This document shows, piece by piece, positions 1 through 9,334 of a DNA stretch of 61,284 nt; position 1 is the first letter of the stretch, and the number at the start of each line of letters is the position of its first letter. Under the pieces are notes generated by a model that did no database searches, had not been told where the DNA came from, and saw nothing but the letters and a program-made list of their open reading frames with translations. A program made the translations under genes and the position numbers. Source of the stretch: Streptosporangiaceae bacterium (GTDB lineage Bacteria; Actinomycetota; Actinomycetes; Streptosporangiales; Streptosporangiaceae); assembly GCA_036497045.1 (NCBI GenBank), contig DASXKD010000048.1:1-61284 (forward strand). Reading direction: 5' to 3'.

Positions 1-1393
1 GCCAGTACGGCGGAAGGTAGCCCGCCAGGTTCGACAGCGGCAGCACCTCCGGCTTGAGCCGGATCCCGAGCTGGCCGGCCATGAACTCCCGGCGGCTGCC
101 GATCCGGGCCCACGCCTCCGGGTAGCGTTCGGCGAGCTGGGCGCGGGCCGCCTCGTCGGCCAGGGCCACGCCGTCCTCGATGTTCGTGGTGTGGTACGCC
201 GTGCCGGTCGCCGGGATGATGTCGAGCTGCAGCGCCATCCCGGACCGCAGCACCACGTCCGAGCCCGGCCACACCGGCGAACTGGGCCACTCGTCCAGGT
301 GGATGAAGTGCCCGGGGTTGAGCTGCACGCCGAAGAACGGATCGCCGAGACGCCGCCGGGCCAGCGCGGACAGCTCGCCCCCGGTGACACCGATGCCGAT
401 CGTCTCGTACCACTCGCAGGCGCATGCGAAGTAGGGCGCGACCAGCTTGTCCACGTAGTCGCTCACCGCGGCGGGCAGGTCGCCGGCCGAGGCGGCGAGG
501 AAGCCGCCGCGGGCGATGTTGCTGCCCCAGTACCCGAGGGCCGCGCTCATCGGATCACCGCGGCGCAGTTCGCGCCCGGACGAGCTGGCCAGCCCGAGCG
601 CGGCCCGCTCGCCGGACAGCACCATCGGATGGTAGGAGAACGGCAGCCCGATCGGGCGGAACTGTGAGAACGCGTCGAACTCGGTCATGCCGGGGCGCAC
701 GGCGAGCAGCATCCGGCGCATGGCCGCCGAGCCGTGGGTGGCGGCGAACTCGAAACACGCGATCTGGTCGATGTCATTGACCAGGCGCAGCCCGGATCCG
801 GGCCGGACGAACAGCGCGGAGGCGTTCACCGGCTCGCAGCCCAGCGCGCGCAGCACGCTCACCAGGTAGGCGGGGACCTCGATCCAGTCCGCCGCCCCCT
901 CCTCGTCGTCGGGGCCGAAGTACTTCCAGCCGGCGATGCCGACCTTCCGGGCGCCGGGGCCGGCCGCGCCGCCCTGGCCGGCCCCGGCACCGCCCAGGCC
1001 GGCCTCGGCGAGCAGGCTGGGGAGCCGCCTGCTCTCGGCCCGGGGCTGGTTGACCAGGCTGAAGCTCTGGTACCTGATCACCTCCACACCGGGCGGCACC
1101 ACGGCCGCGTAGGCGACACCCTCGTTGCCGACAAGCAGCACCGGGGCACGGCCGGGCACGAGGATCAGCAGCGCCTCCTCGAACCTCGGGTCGAAGCGGG
1201 TCAGGTAGGCCAGGTTGGCGAAGTGCTCCCGGTCGGCGTAGACGAGCAGCGCGTCCAGCCCGGCGGCGGCCGCCGCATCCGCCGCCGCGGCCAGCCGCGC
1301 CTGGTAGGTCGCGGTGGGCACGGCCGGCTCGGCGGATGGCAGCCCGAAATCGGGGACCCCGATCTCGGCAAGCTCGACTTCCGCTTCCGTCAC
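1..1393 (-). CDS. M24-family metallopeptidase (Xaa-Pro aminopeptidase/creatinase-like); 3' end runs off the window
   Basis: Own minus-strand translation from GTG at 1393-1391: VTEAEVELAEIGVPDFGL...LLVYADREHFANLAYLTRFDPRFEEALLIL...GVQLNPGHFIHLDEW...TNIEDGVAL. The frame stays open to the window edge, so it is absent from the ORF track. The start lies 2 nt after the upstream permease stop. Confidence 0.7.
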   Translation of the reverse strand, partial: MTEAEVELAEIGVPDFGLPSAEPAVPTATYQARLAAAADAAAAAGLDALLVYADREHFANLAYLTRFDPRFEEALLILVPGRAPVLLVGNEGVAYAAVVPPGVEVIRYQSFSLVNQPRAESRRLPSLLAEAGLGGAGAGQGGAAGPGARKVGIAGWKYFGPDDEEGAADWIEVPAYLVSVLRALGCEPVNASALFVRPGSGLRLVNDIDQIACFEFAATHGSAAMRRMLLAVRPGMTEFDAFSQFRPIGLPFSYHPMVLSGERAALGLASSSGRELRRGDPMSAALGYWGSNIARGGFLAASAGDLPAAVSDYVDKLVAPYFACACEWYETIGIGVTGGELSALARRRLGDPFFGVQLNPGHFIHLDEWPSSPVWPGSDVVLRSGMALQLDIIPATGTAYHTTNIEDGVALADEAARAQLAERYPEAWARIGSRREFMAGQLGIRLKPEVLPLSNLAGYLPPYW

Positions 1394-1395
1394 GT

Positions 1396-2883
1396 TCAGG
1401 CCTTGGGCGCGGACGGGGCGGGCGGCGCGGCGTCCCAGTCCACGTCACCCTGCGCGTCGCTGCGCTGCCCGACCAGTACCGAGGCGCCGCGGCGCAGCAC
1501 ACCCGGGTGGCGGCGCTCCCGCCACTGCATGTAGCCGAAGCCGACGATCAGCGACGCGATGAAGATGTACGGCGTGATGTTGAACGGCCAGGGCGGCCGC
1601 GGGTAGACGGTCACGAAAAGCACCGGCAGCAGGGCCAGCGTGCCGATCCACGGCAGCACGCCGTGCCGCCAGATGTTGAAGTCGCTCGGGTGCTCCCTGC
1701 GGATGTAGGCGGTCAGCGCCAGGTTCGCCATCACGTACAGGACGATCACGGCGAGCGTGGTGACGGTGCCAAGGAACCCGAAGATGTCCGAAGGATTCAG
1801 CAGCAGGCCGACCAGCAGGATCGCGACGATCCCGGAAAGCTGGATGAACGCGATCGCGAACGTCGGGGTGCGGTACTTGGGGTTGATCCGGCCGAACCGC
1901 GGGGGCAGCGTACCGGCCTGGCCCATCGTGTACATCACGCGGGACGCGGCGTTCGTGCAGGCCAGCCCGACCCCGATGGCGCTGTTGATGATGGCGATCA
2001 CAACGAACCACCAGCCGGCGCCCCACAGCGCGTGGCCGAGCACGTAGTAGGGGTTCGCGCTGGACGCGAACGAGGCCATGTTGCCGGTGCCCCAGCCGAT
2101 CGCGCTGGCGTAGGAGGTGAACACGTAGAACCCGCCGATCGCGAACAACGAGACCATGACGGCGCGGCCGATGAACTTGCCGGGCCTGCGGGTTTCCTGG
2201 GCCAGCGGGGCGGGCGCCTCGAAGCCGCTGAGCGCGAGCACGGAGAACACCATCCCGGCCAGGACCCCGCCGAACCCGTGCGGCGCGTTGGACGGCTGCA
2301 GCGGCGCCACGTAGGAGGATCCGGGCCCGGGGTGGACCAGGAAGGTGATCGCCAGCGCGAGCATGATCAGCAACTCGACCGCGCCGAAGATGATCGTGGT
2401 GCGCATGGACAGCCGGATGCCGAAGTGGGTCAGCACCCACACGATGGCGAACGTCGCCAGGGCGAAGAGCCACCACGGGATGTCCACGCCGAACGCCTGC
2501 TGGATCGTGTTGGAGAGCAGGTAGCCGAGGAACCCGATGGCACCGGCCGGCCCGATGATGTCGTAGATCAGGTAGCTCCACGTGGTCATGAAGCCGCCCC
2601 GGTCGCCCAGCCCGCGGGTGGCGAAGGAGTAGTAGCCGCCGCTGGATGGCATGTACTTGGAGAACTGGGACACCGTGTTGCCGATGAAGAAGCAGACGAT
2701 CGTCGTCAGCAGGAACGAGATCGGCATGGCCGGCCCGGCCTTGAGGGCGATGATCGGGAACGTGAACACGATGTTGATCGACGGCGCGATGTGCGTGATG
2801 CCCTGGAACACGACCTGGGGGAGATCAAGGGCGTTGCGCCGCAGTCGCGCGGCACCGGTGTTGCTGGCGGTTTCTGCAGTCAC
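1396..2883 (-). CDS. APC-superfamily amino acid permease
   Basis: 495-aa multi-TM ORF (GITHIAPSINIVFTFPIIALKAGPAMPISFLL, SGGYYSFATRGLG) typical of amino acid/polyamine permeases. Forms an apparent operon with the downstream M24 peptidase. Confidence 0.9.
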   Translation of the reverse strand: MTAETASNTGAARLRRNALDLPQVVFQGITHIAPSINIVFTFPIIALKAGPAMPISFLLTTIVCFFIGNTVSQFSKYMPSSGGYYSFATRGLGDRGGFMTTWSYLIYDIIGPAGAIGFLGYLLSNTIQQAFGVDIPWWLFALATFAIVWVLTHFGIRLSMRTTIIFGAVELLIMLALAITFLVHPGPGSSYVAPLQPSNAPHGFGGVLAGMVFSVLALSGFEAPAPLAQETRRPGKFIGRAVMVSLFAIGGFYVFTSYASAIGWGTGNMASFASSANPYYVLGHALWGAGWWFVVIAIINSAIGVGLACTNAASRVMYTMGQAGTLPPRFGRINPKYRTPTFAIAFIQLSGIVAILLVGLLLNPSDIFGFLGTVTTLAVIVLYVMANLALTAYIRREHPSDFNIWRHGVLPWIGTLALLPVLFVTVYPRPPWPFNITPYIFIASLIVGFGYMQWRERRHPGVLRRGASVLVGQRSDAQGDVDWDAAPPAPSAPKA

Positions 2884-2925
2884 GGGAACCTCCCTTTGAC
2901 GGGGTCCAACCTGGTTCCGCTCATT

Positions 2926-2943
2926 TGCGCAATCGGTTTCGCA
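2926..2943. promoter_or_regulatory. Putative LacI/GalR-type operator
   Basis: Imperfect dyad TGCGCAAT-CG-GTTTCGCA (6 of 8 half-site positions symmetric, central CG). It sits in the AT-richest patch of the divergent permease/LacI intergenic region. Confidence 0.35.
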
Positions 2944-3153
2944 AATTTTATGAATCTGCTGAACACGGCGTCAATAGCCGAGTTTGCCCCTACGCTCGGC
3001 CGCGGTCACCGGCGGCCTCACGGCGCAGCTTGTGACCTGCCTAGCCGTGATGTCTGGCGCCCTGCGGCGAGGTACGCTCGGCATATGACGCTGCGGACCG
3101 CGGAGCACAACCGGTCGCGCGGACGGCCTGGCCGAACGGCGCGGGAACGCTAG

Positions 3154-4398
3154 ATGGCGACCATCCAGGACGTGGCCAAGGCGGCGGGCGTGGCGGCCTC
3201 GACGGTCTCCCGCTACCTGAACGGCCAGCTCCGGGTGACCCCGGCCACCGAGGCCCGGCTGCTCGACGCGGTCGCTGCCCTCGGCTACGTGCCCAACGCC
3301 CAGGCGAAGAACCTGGCCCGGGGCCGCTCCGGGGCCATCGGCTTCGTGGTGCCCGACATCAGCAACCCGTACTTCGGCACGATCGCCGACCACGTGGTCG
3401 AGGCGGTGGAGCGCCGCGGCCTGATGGTGCTGCTCTGCTCGACCCGCAGCCAGGCGGTCAAAGAGGCCAGTTATATCGACCTGCTCGCGTCCGGTGCCAT
3501 CGACGGGATGCTCTACCTGGGCTCGTTCCGGTCCAACGTGCGGCTGGTGGCGGCGATCCATGGCGGGCTGCCTGTGGTCGTGGTGGACGAGCCGATCGCC
3601 GGGCTGCCGGACGTGCACAGCGTGGTGATGGACGACTATGCCGGCGGGTACCAGGCGGCCAGCTACCTGGTGGCGCTCGGCCACCGCAGGATCGCGTTCG
3701 TGTCCGGCCCGGCCGAACTCGGCTCGGTCACCGAGCGCCGCCGCGGCTACTGCGACGCGCTGGTCAAGGGGGGCATCGACCCAGAAGCGCAGCTCAGCCT
3801 GCCGGGGCACTTCACCGAGCAGTTCGGGGCCAGCGCGCTGCCGCGGCTGCTTGCCGGGCCGGAGCCGCCCACCGCGGCGTTCGTGGCCAGCGACTACATC
3901 GCGCTCGGGATGCTGTCCGCGGCGGAGACGCACGGCATCCGGGTACCCGAGGACCTGTCGGTGGTGGGCTTCGACGACATCAGGTTCAGCCAGTACGTGC
4001 GGCCACGGCTGACCACGATCCGGTCGCCGGTCGAGCGCCTCGCCCAGATCGGCGTCGATATGCTGTTCGACCGGCTGGCCGGGACGGCGGGGCCGGCCAG
4101 GACCGAGGTGCTGCCCGTGGAACTCATCGTCCGGGAGTCCGCGGGCCCCCCGGGCGCCGCCGCGGCGCGAGCCGCCCGCACCGGGACCGCGCCTGCTCAC
4201 TCCCCCGCGCCTCCCGATTCCCCCGCACCGGCACCTCCCCGTTCGCCCGCGCCCGCATCTGCCCACTCCGCCGCGCCTGCACCTCGCCGTTCGCCCGCGC
4301 CCGCATCCGCCCATTCCCCCGCACCGGCACCTCCCCATTCCCCCGCACCGGCACCTCCCCATTCCCCCGTGCGTCCCAAGGAGAGCGAGGTCACCTGA
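3154..4398 (+). CDS. LacI-family transcriptional regulator with a ~75-aa Pro/Ala/Ser repeat C-terminal tail
   Basis: N-terminal HTH MATIQDVAKAAGVAASTVSRYLNG and a sugar-binding-fold core (FVVPDISNPYF, VVGFDD). The tail reads APAHSPAPPDSPAPAPPRSPAPASAHS... The stop overlaps the next start (TGATG). Confidence 0.9.
   Translation: MATIQDVAKAAGVAASTVSRYLNGQLRVTPATEARLLDAVAALGYVPNAQAKNLARGRSGAIGFVVPDISNPYFGTIADHVVEAVERRGLMVLLCSTRSQAVKEASYIDLLASGAIDGMLYLGSFRSNVRLVAAIHGGLPVVVVDEPIAGLPDVHSVVMDDYAGGYQAASYLVALGHRRIAFVSGPAELGSVTERRRGYCDALVKGGIDPEAQLSLPGHFTEQFGASALPRLLAGPEPPTAAFVASDYIALGMLSAAETHGIRVPEDLSVVGFDDIRFSQYVRPRLTTIRSPVERLAQIGVDMLFDRLAGTAGPARTEVLPVELIVRESAGPPGAAAARAARTGTAPAHSPAPPDSPAPAPPRSPAPASAHSAAPAPRRSPAPASAHSPAPAPPHSPAPAPPHSPVRPKESEVT
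4217..4368. repeat. Nested in-frame tandem repeats (24-nt ATTCCCCCGCACCGGCACCTCCCC x3 plus GTTCGCCCGCGCCCGCATC(T/C)GCCC x2)
   Basis: Direct reading: 24-nt copies at 4217-4240, 4313-4336 and 4337-4360. The second unit occurs at 4241 and 4289. Together they encode the HSPAPAPP-type tail of the LacI protein. Confidence 0.85.
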
Positions 4399-5144
4399 TG
4401 CGGGTACTGCTTTGCGGCGAAAGCTGGATCACCCACAGCCTCCACATCAAGGGGGTCGATTCGTTTAGTACCAGCTCTTACGTTGAAGGCGCCGGCCACC
4501 TGCGCGCGGCTCTCGCGGGCGCGGACATCGAGGTCGACTACCTGCCCGGGCATCTCGTGCCCGGGCAGTTCCCGGCGACTACCGGCGAGCTGAGCGGCTA
4601 CCAGGCGGTCATCCTCAGCGACATCGGGGCGAACAGCATCCTGCTGGCACCGCAGACGTTCGAGCAGTCCCGGCCCGCGCCGGACCGGCTCGCCGTGGTG
4701 GAGGAGTACGTGCGCGGCGGTGGCGGGCTGCTGATGATCGGCGGCTACCTGTCCTTCGCCGGCATCGAGGGCAAGGCGCGCTACCACGGCACCCCGGTCG
4801 AGGCGGCCCTGCCCGTGCTGATCAGCAGCGTGGATGACCGGGCCGAGTGCCCGCAAGGCGTGGTCCCCGAGCCGGTGGCCACCGGTCACCCGGTGCTGCG
4901 CGGCGTCCACGGGCCGTGGCCTGCCGTACTCGGCTACAACCGGGTCACCGCGCGGGAGGGCGCCGAGGTGGTGGTGCGCTGCGGCGCCGACCCACTGGTC
5001 GCGTCCGCTAACTACGAGCGGGGCCGCAGCGCGGTGTTCACCTCCGACTGCGCGCCGCACTGGGCGCCGCCGGAGTTCCTGGACTGGCCCGGCTACGGGG
5101 TGCTGTGGCCGAACCTGATCCGCTGGCTCGCCGGGGTGCCCTGA
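4398..5144 (+). CDS. Class-I glutamine amidotransferase-like (DUF1355/ThuA-like) protein
   Basis: 248 aa, MRVLLCGESWITHSLHIKG...AVILSDIGANS...GGGLLMIGGYLSFAG. The composition looks like real protein. Translationally coupled to the LacI gene. Confidence 0.75.
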   Translation: MRVLLCGESWITHSLHIKGVDSFSTSSYVEGAGHLRAALAGADIEVDYLPGHLVPGQFPATTGELSGYQAVILSDIGANSILLAPQTFEQSRPAPDRLAVVEEYVRGGGGLLMIGGYLSFAGIEGKARYHGTPVEAALPVLISSVDDRAECPQGVVPEPVATGHPVLRGVHGPWPAVLGYNRVTAREGAEVVVRCGADPLVASANYERGRSAVFTSDCAPHWAPPEFLDWPGYGVLWPNLIRWLAGVP

Positions 5145-5195
5145 CCCCCGTCCGCCAGGTGCCGTTGGGCGCCCCGCCCGGGCTGCCTTTCCCGC

Positions 5196-5226
5196 TTGAC
5201 CCTCACGTAGCGTCAGGCTGCACAGT
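5196..5226 (+). promoter_or_regulatory. MerR-type promoter: TTGACC - 19-nt spacer containing an imperfect dyad - CACAGT
   Basis: -35 TTGACC at 5196-5201, a 19-nt spacer, and -10 CACAGT at 5221-5226. The dyad CCTCACG-TAG-CGTCAGG lies in the spacer. The GTG start at 5233 is only 7 nt downstream, implying a leaderless or near-leaderless transcript. Confidence 0.55.
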
Positions 5227-5232
5227 GGAGCC

Positions 5233-6018
5233 GTGGACGGTTACACGGTCGGCGAGGTCGCCCGCCTGGCTCACGTCTCAGTGCGGACGCTGCACCACTA
5301 CGACGGCATCGGGCTGCTGACGCCCAGTGCCCGCAGCGCGGGCGGCTACCGCCTGTACTCAGAGTCCGACCTGCACCGGCTGCGCCAGGTGCTGTTCTAC
5401 CGGGAACTGGAGTTCGGGCTGGAGGAGATCGCGGAGATCCTCGCCGACGCATCCGCCGGAACCGACGACCATCTGCGCAGACAGCACCGCCTGCTGCGGG
5501 AACGGCTCGCCCGGGACCAGGCGCTGCTTGCCGCGATCGACAAGGAAATGGAGGCACGGCAGATGGGCATGTCGCTCACCCCAGAGGAGCAGTTCGAGAT
5601 ATTCGGCACCGACAAGCTCGAGGAGCACACCGAGGAGGCCAGGCAGCGCTGGGGCGACACGGACGCCTGGCAGCAGTCACAGCGGCGCACCGCGGCCTAC
5701 ACCAAGGACGACTGGATCGCGATCAAGGCCGAGTCCGACGCCAGCATCAACGGGTTCACTGGCGCGCTGCGAGCCGGGGAGCCGGCCACCGGAACCGTCG
5801 CGATGGACCTGGCCGAGGCGCATCGCCAGCACATCTCCCGCTGGTTCTACGACTGCGACTATCAGATGCACCGTGGCCTGGCGGACATCTACACATCCGA
5901 CGACAGGTACATCGCGGCCTACGACGAGATAGAGCCCGGTCTCGCGCGGTACGTCCGCGACGCGATGTACGCCAACGCCGACCGCGGGCAGAGCCGGGCG
6001 CAAACCCAGACTGACTGA
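5233..6018 (+). CDS. MerR-family regulator, TipAL-like (MerR HTH plus TipAS-type C-terminal domain)
   Basis: YTVGEVARLAHVSVRTLHHYDGIGLL is a MerR HTH. The C-terminal WGDTDAWQQSQRRTAAYTKDDW...YDCDYQMHRGLADIY resembles the TipAS antibiotic-recognition domain. Confidence 0.85.
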   Translation: MDGYTVGEVARLAHVSVRTLHHYDGIGLLTPSARSAGGYRLYSESDLHRLRQVLFYRELEFGLEEIAEILADASAGTDDHLRRQHRLLRERLARDQALLAAIDKEMEARQMGMSLTPEEQFEIFGTDKLEEHTEEARQRWGDTDAWQQSQRRTAAYTKDDWIAIKAESDASINGFTGALRAGEPATGTVAMDLAEAHRQHISRWFYDCDYQMHRGLADIYTSDDRYIAAYDEIEPGLARYVRDAMYANADRGQSRAQTQTD

Positions 6019-6131
6019 CTTGGTGGGTTTACTTGCCAACGCCCCGGAATCTCCCTCAGGGTGGTGAAGGAAACAGCCCATGTTAAGGCTGCGCCCCTTG
6101 AGGCGCAGCGCATCCTCTCCCTGGGAGCGAC

Positions 6132-7538
6132 ATGCAAAGACGCATTGCCAGTCTGTTCGCAGGCTCGGCGCTGACGGCAGCTTCGGCCCTCGGGCTGGCC
6201 GGAGCCACCGCAGTCACCGCGGCCCCTGCCGCACAATCCCTGCCCATGCCGGTGCCGTTGGCGCACATGCTGAGCCATGCCTTCGCGACACCCCCGACGA
6301 CGGCGCAGTGCGAGGCATCGCTGAACATCGCGTGCTACTCACCGGCCCAATTCCAGCAGGCGTACGACCTGGCGCCGCTGTACAAGCAGGGAGACAACGG
6401 CGCGGGTGAGACGATCGTTATCGTCGACTCCTACGGCTTCCAGAACATCCAGAGCGAGCTGGCTACCTTCGACAAGGGCTTCGGTCTGCCGGCCCCGCCC
6501 AGCTTCAAGATCATCCGGCCGGCCGGCAAGGTGCCGTCGTTCGACCCGACCAAGCGGCCGCAGATGGTCGGCTGGGCACAGGAGACGTCGCTGGACGTCG
6601 AGTACTCCCACGCGATCGCACCAGGGGCGAACATCCTGCTCGTGGAGACCCCCGTTCCGGAAACGCTGGGCACCCATGGCTTCCCGCAGATCGTCCAGGC
6701 CGAGAACTTCGTGATCAACCACCACCTCGGCACGGTCATCTCGCAGAGCTTCGCCGCTCCCGAGGCGGGCTTCCCCAGCGCGGCGTCGATCATGCGGCTG
6801 CGCAGCGCCTACGTCAACGCGTCGAAGAACGGCGTGACCGTGCTGGCCGGCACCGGCGACTCCGGCGCCACCGGCGCCAAGACCCTCACCCCGCAGGGTT
6901 TCGCGGCCACCTTCTTCCTGCACCGCGCGGTGGACTGGCCGGCCACGGACCCGCTGGTGACGGCCATGGGCGGCACCCAGCTGCATCTGGACGCGACCGG
7001 CAACAGTTTCGAGCCAGACACCGTGTGGAACGACACGCCCCTGTTCGGTTCGCCCGCCGCCAGCACCGGCGGAATCTCCACCGTGTTCCCCCGGCCGTCT
7101 TACCAGAACGGCGTGGCTGGCGCGGTGGGCAACGGGCGTGGCAACCCGGACATCTCGATGAGCGCGGCAGTGGACGGCGCGGCACTGGTGTTCCTCGACG
7201 CGCAGGCGGCGCAGGGCCCGGCGGGCTATTACCTGATCGGCGGCACCAGTGAGGCCACGCCGGAATTCGCCGGCATCGTCGCGATCGCCGACCAGGTGGC
7301 CGGGCACGGCCTTGGCCTGATCAACCCGGCGCTGTACCAGATGGAGGCGGCCCACGCCGCCGGGATCGTGGACGTCACCGGAGGCACCAACACGGTGACC
7401 TTCCCGCAAGGTGGCAGCGAGCACACCGTGCGCGGTTGGGACGCGGTCAACGGTTACGACCTGGCCAGCGGCGTTGGCACCATCGACGCTGCGCAGTTCG
7501 TGCCCGAACTGGTGGCGGCCGTGGGCGGCAGCCACTGA
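6132..7538 (+). CDS. Secreted S53 (sedolisin/kumamolisin-like) serine peptidase
   Basis: Signal peptide MQRRIASLFAGSALTAASALGLAGA. Pro-domain motif YSPAQFQQAYDLAPLY. Also SLDVEYSHAIAPGANILLVE, GTGDSGA and catalytic-Ser motif GGTSEATPEFAG. Confidence 0.85.
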   Translation: MQRRIASLFAGSALTAASALGLAGATAVTAAPAAQSLPMPVPLAHMLSHAFATPPTTAQCEASLNIACYSPAQFQQAYDLAPLYKQGDNGAGETIVIVDSYGFQNIQSELATFDKGFGLPAPPSFKIIRPAGKVPSFDPTKRPQMVGWAQETSLDVEYSHAIAPGANILLVETPVPETLGTHGFPQIVQAENFVINHHLGTVISQSFAAPEAGFPSAASIMRLRSAYVNASKNGVTVLAGTGDSGATGAKTLTPQGFAATFFLHRAVDWPATDPLVTAMGGTQLHLDATGNSFEPDTVWNDTPLFGSPAASTGGISTVFPRPSYQNGVAGAVGNGRGNPDISMSAAVDGAALVFLDAQAAQGPAGYYLIGGTSEATPEFAGIVAIADQVAGHGLGLINPALYQMEAAHAAGIVDVTGGTNTVTFPQGGSEHTVRGWDAVNGYDLASGVGTIDAAQFVPELVAAVGGSH

Positions 7539-7558
7539 CCGGCGCCTAGCGCACGAAG

Positions 7559-7592
7559 GGGCGCGGCGGGCACGTTGCCCGCCGCGCCCTTT
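7559..7592 (+). terminator. Rho-independent terminator after the S53 peptidase gene
   Basis: Perfect 14-bp stem GGGCGCGGCGGGCA / TGCCCGCCGCGCCC with a 3-nt loop, followed by TTT. Lies between convergent genes. Confidence 0.7.
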
Positions 7593-7694
7593 CGCTGCTC
7601 ACAGCGGCCCACTCCTGGCCGAGTCGTGCCAGGGCCGTGCCCGGGCCGTCAGGGAGCCGGATGTCCGGGCTGGGGGCCGTCACGGCCCTGGCCG

Positions 7695-8303
7695 TCAGGC
7701 CGGGGACCAGCCCGGGTCGCGGCCGGCCAGGCCGACCACGCGGTCGAGCAGTGGCGCCTCCTCCAGCAGGATGCGCGCCGGGCCGAACTGTACTGCCGGG
7801 CCGGCGGGTGCCTCGGGGCTGGCGAACATCCGCAGGAACGTCAGCGCGGCTGCCAGGATGTCGGGTTCGCAGGCGTAGGCCTGCCCGCTGGCCCTGGCCA
7901 CGTCCCAGCCGTGCACGGCCAGTTCATCGGCGAGGACCAGCCCGACCACCTCGGCGGGGGTCTCGTCCCCGGCGATCTGCGTCATTCCGGTCCATGACTC
8001 CGGCTCCGCCCAGGTCTGCGCGAGAGCCGTCAGGTCGCGCGGGATGCGCTCGCGCCAGCCGGCGCCGAGGCGGGACGCATCCCCGGACCCCGCCATCTCG
8101 GTGTAGGCATTGCGCTCCTTGCGCCCGGCGGCGGTGAACGCGAGCGCCAGGCCGCCGACGTGTTCGATAAGGTCGCCGAGCGAATAGGCGGGGCACGGGG
8201 TGGGCCGGTCGAGCGCGTTGTCCTTGGTGTTGGCCACGAGGTCCGCCAGCCGGCGCGCCGCTGGGCCGAGGTCAACTGCGTTGTCAGGTTCAGCCATGGT
8301 CAT
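7695..8303 (-). CDS. DinB/MDMPI_N (TIGR03086-like) family protein
   Basis: 202 aa, LGPAARRLADLVANTKDNALDRPTPCPAYSLGDLIEHVGG. It is a paralogue of the 9335-9901 product and lies downstream of the TetR gene on the same strand. Confidence 0.8.
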   Translation of the reverse strand: MTMAEPDNAVDLGPAARRLADLVANTKDNALDRPTPCPAYSLGDLIEHVGGLALAFTAAGRKERNAYTEMAGSGDASRLGAGWRERIPRDLTALAQTWAEPESWTGMTQIAGDETPAEVVGLVLADELAVHGWDVARASGQAYACEPDILAAALTFLRMFASPEAPAGPAVQFGPARILLEEAPLLDRVVGLAGRDPGWSPA

Positions 8304-8439
8304 AGACAGTAGAACGACGCAGGGGCCCCAGGCTCATCGGCACCGCCGCTCGCGGGCCGGTCCGAGGGTGCCCATTCCGGGGCGGCATCCCGTTGCCGCC
8401 TCCCCGCCCCCTGAGGCGGCACCCGCGGTTGCCACCTCG

Positions 8440-9234
8440 CTAGGCGCGGGCCGGTTCGTCAGCGGCAGGGGTGAGGCTGGCGAGCAGGCTCGCGGCGGCC
8501 ACCTGGAACCGGGTTGCGTCGCCGTAGGGCCGGGTCACCAGCATCGCCCCCTCAAGACCGCTGATGATCATCCGGGCGGTGTCCCTGGCCGGTCCGGCGA
8601 ACGTCAGGCTGCCCTCGTCTTCGCCCTGCTCAAGGACCGCCTCAAGCCACCCCTCGTTGTGGTCGAAGAAGCCGACGACCGCGGTCTGCATGGGCAGCGG
8701 CAGCGTCGGATACTCCGCCGCCAGCATGCCGCACAGGCACATCTTCTGCTCGCTGAGCACGTCCGCGTACAGCTTGGCGTAGGCGGCCAGCTTCGCGGGC
8801 GCCGCGCCATCATCGGCATCCACCTGGGCGAGCGCGTCGTAGAACCGGGTCGAGTAGCGGTTGATCAGAGCCTCGCCCAGGTCGGCCTTGGTGGCGAAGT
8901 GGTAGTGCAGCGACGCCTTGGTGATCCGCAGTTCCGCGGCGATGTCGGCATAGCTGAACCCGTTGAACCCGCGGACCTGGACGAGCCGTTCGGCGGTGTC
9001 CAGTACCCGTGACGCCGTCGACGAGGATGCCGCGCCAGACCACGATGATGCGCTCACCGCGGCGCCGCGACCGCCCGCACCGCCGCGCCGGGCACCGCTC
9101 CCGGCCAGGGCACCATCGCTGCCCCCATCGCTGTGCCGGGCACCGCTCCCGCGCCCACCCCCGCGCCCGCCCATCGCGGCGCGGTTGCCCGCGCCGGGCC
9201 CGCTCACGCCACCGTGTCCGGTCCTCGCCGCCAT
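8440..9234 (-). CDS. TetR-family regulator with a Gly/Arg-rich N-terminal extension (start uncertain)
   Basis: HTH VLDTAERLVQVRGFNGFSYADIAAELRITKASLHYHF. The ATG at 9234 lies 27 nt from the twin operators, but internal starts are possible. Confidence 0.75.
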   Translation of the reverse strand: MAARTGHGGVSGPGAGNRAAMGGRGGGRGSGARHSDGGSDGALAGSGARRGGAGGRGAAVSASSWSGAASSSTASRVLDTAERLVQVRGFNGFSYADIAAELRITKASLHYHFATKADLGEALINRYSTRFYDALAQVDADDGAAPAKLAAYAKLYADVLSEQKMCLCGMLAAEYPTLPLPMQTAVVGFFDHNEGWLEAVLEQGEDEGSLTFAGPARDTARMIISGLEGAMLVTRPYGDATRFQVAAASLLASLTPAADEPARA

Positions 9235-9260
9235 AACCTGCCCTTCAGCCCTTGACGCTT

Positions 9261-9298
9261 GACCTATTAGTAGGTAAGTATCTGACCTATCAGTAGGT
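9261..9298. promoter_or_regulatory. Twin TetR-type operators
   Basis: GACCTATTAGTAGGT (9261-9275) and GACCTATCAGTAGGT (9284-9298) are two near-palindromes (ACCTA-N4-TAGGT), 23 nt apart centre to centre. They lie in the divergent TetR/DinB-like intergenic region. Confidence 0.6.
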
Positions 9299-9334
9299 AG
9301 GATACCTCAGCGGCCATTCACTGGTGGGGGCACC

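Noticed and set aside
734-1534. Long Arg/Pro/Gly/Ala-rich ORFs overlapping real genes in other frames or on the opposite strand. Other examples are 1336-3153, 2971-4362, 13298-14947, 37118-39403, 47055-48701 and 51731-53227.
   Set aside because: Their composition is typical of GC-rich shadow frames. Each overlaps an ORF with clear family motifs. They have no RBS and no recognisable domains.
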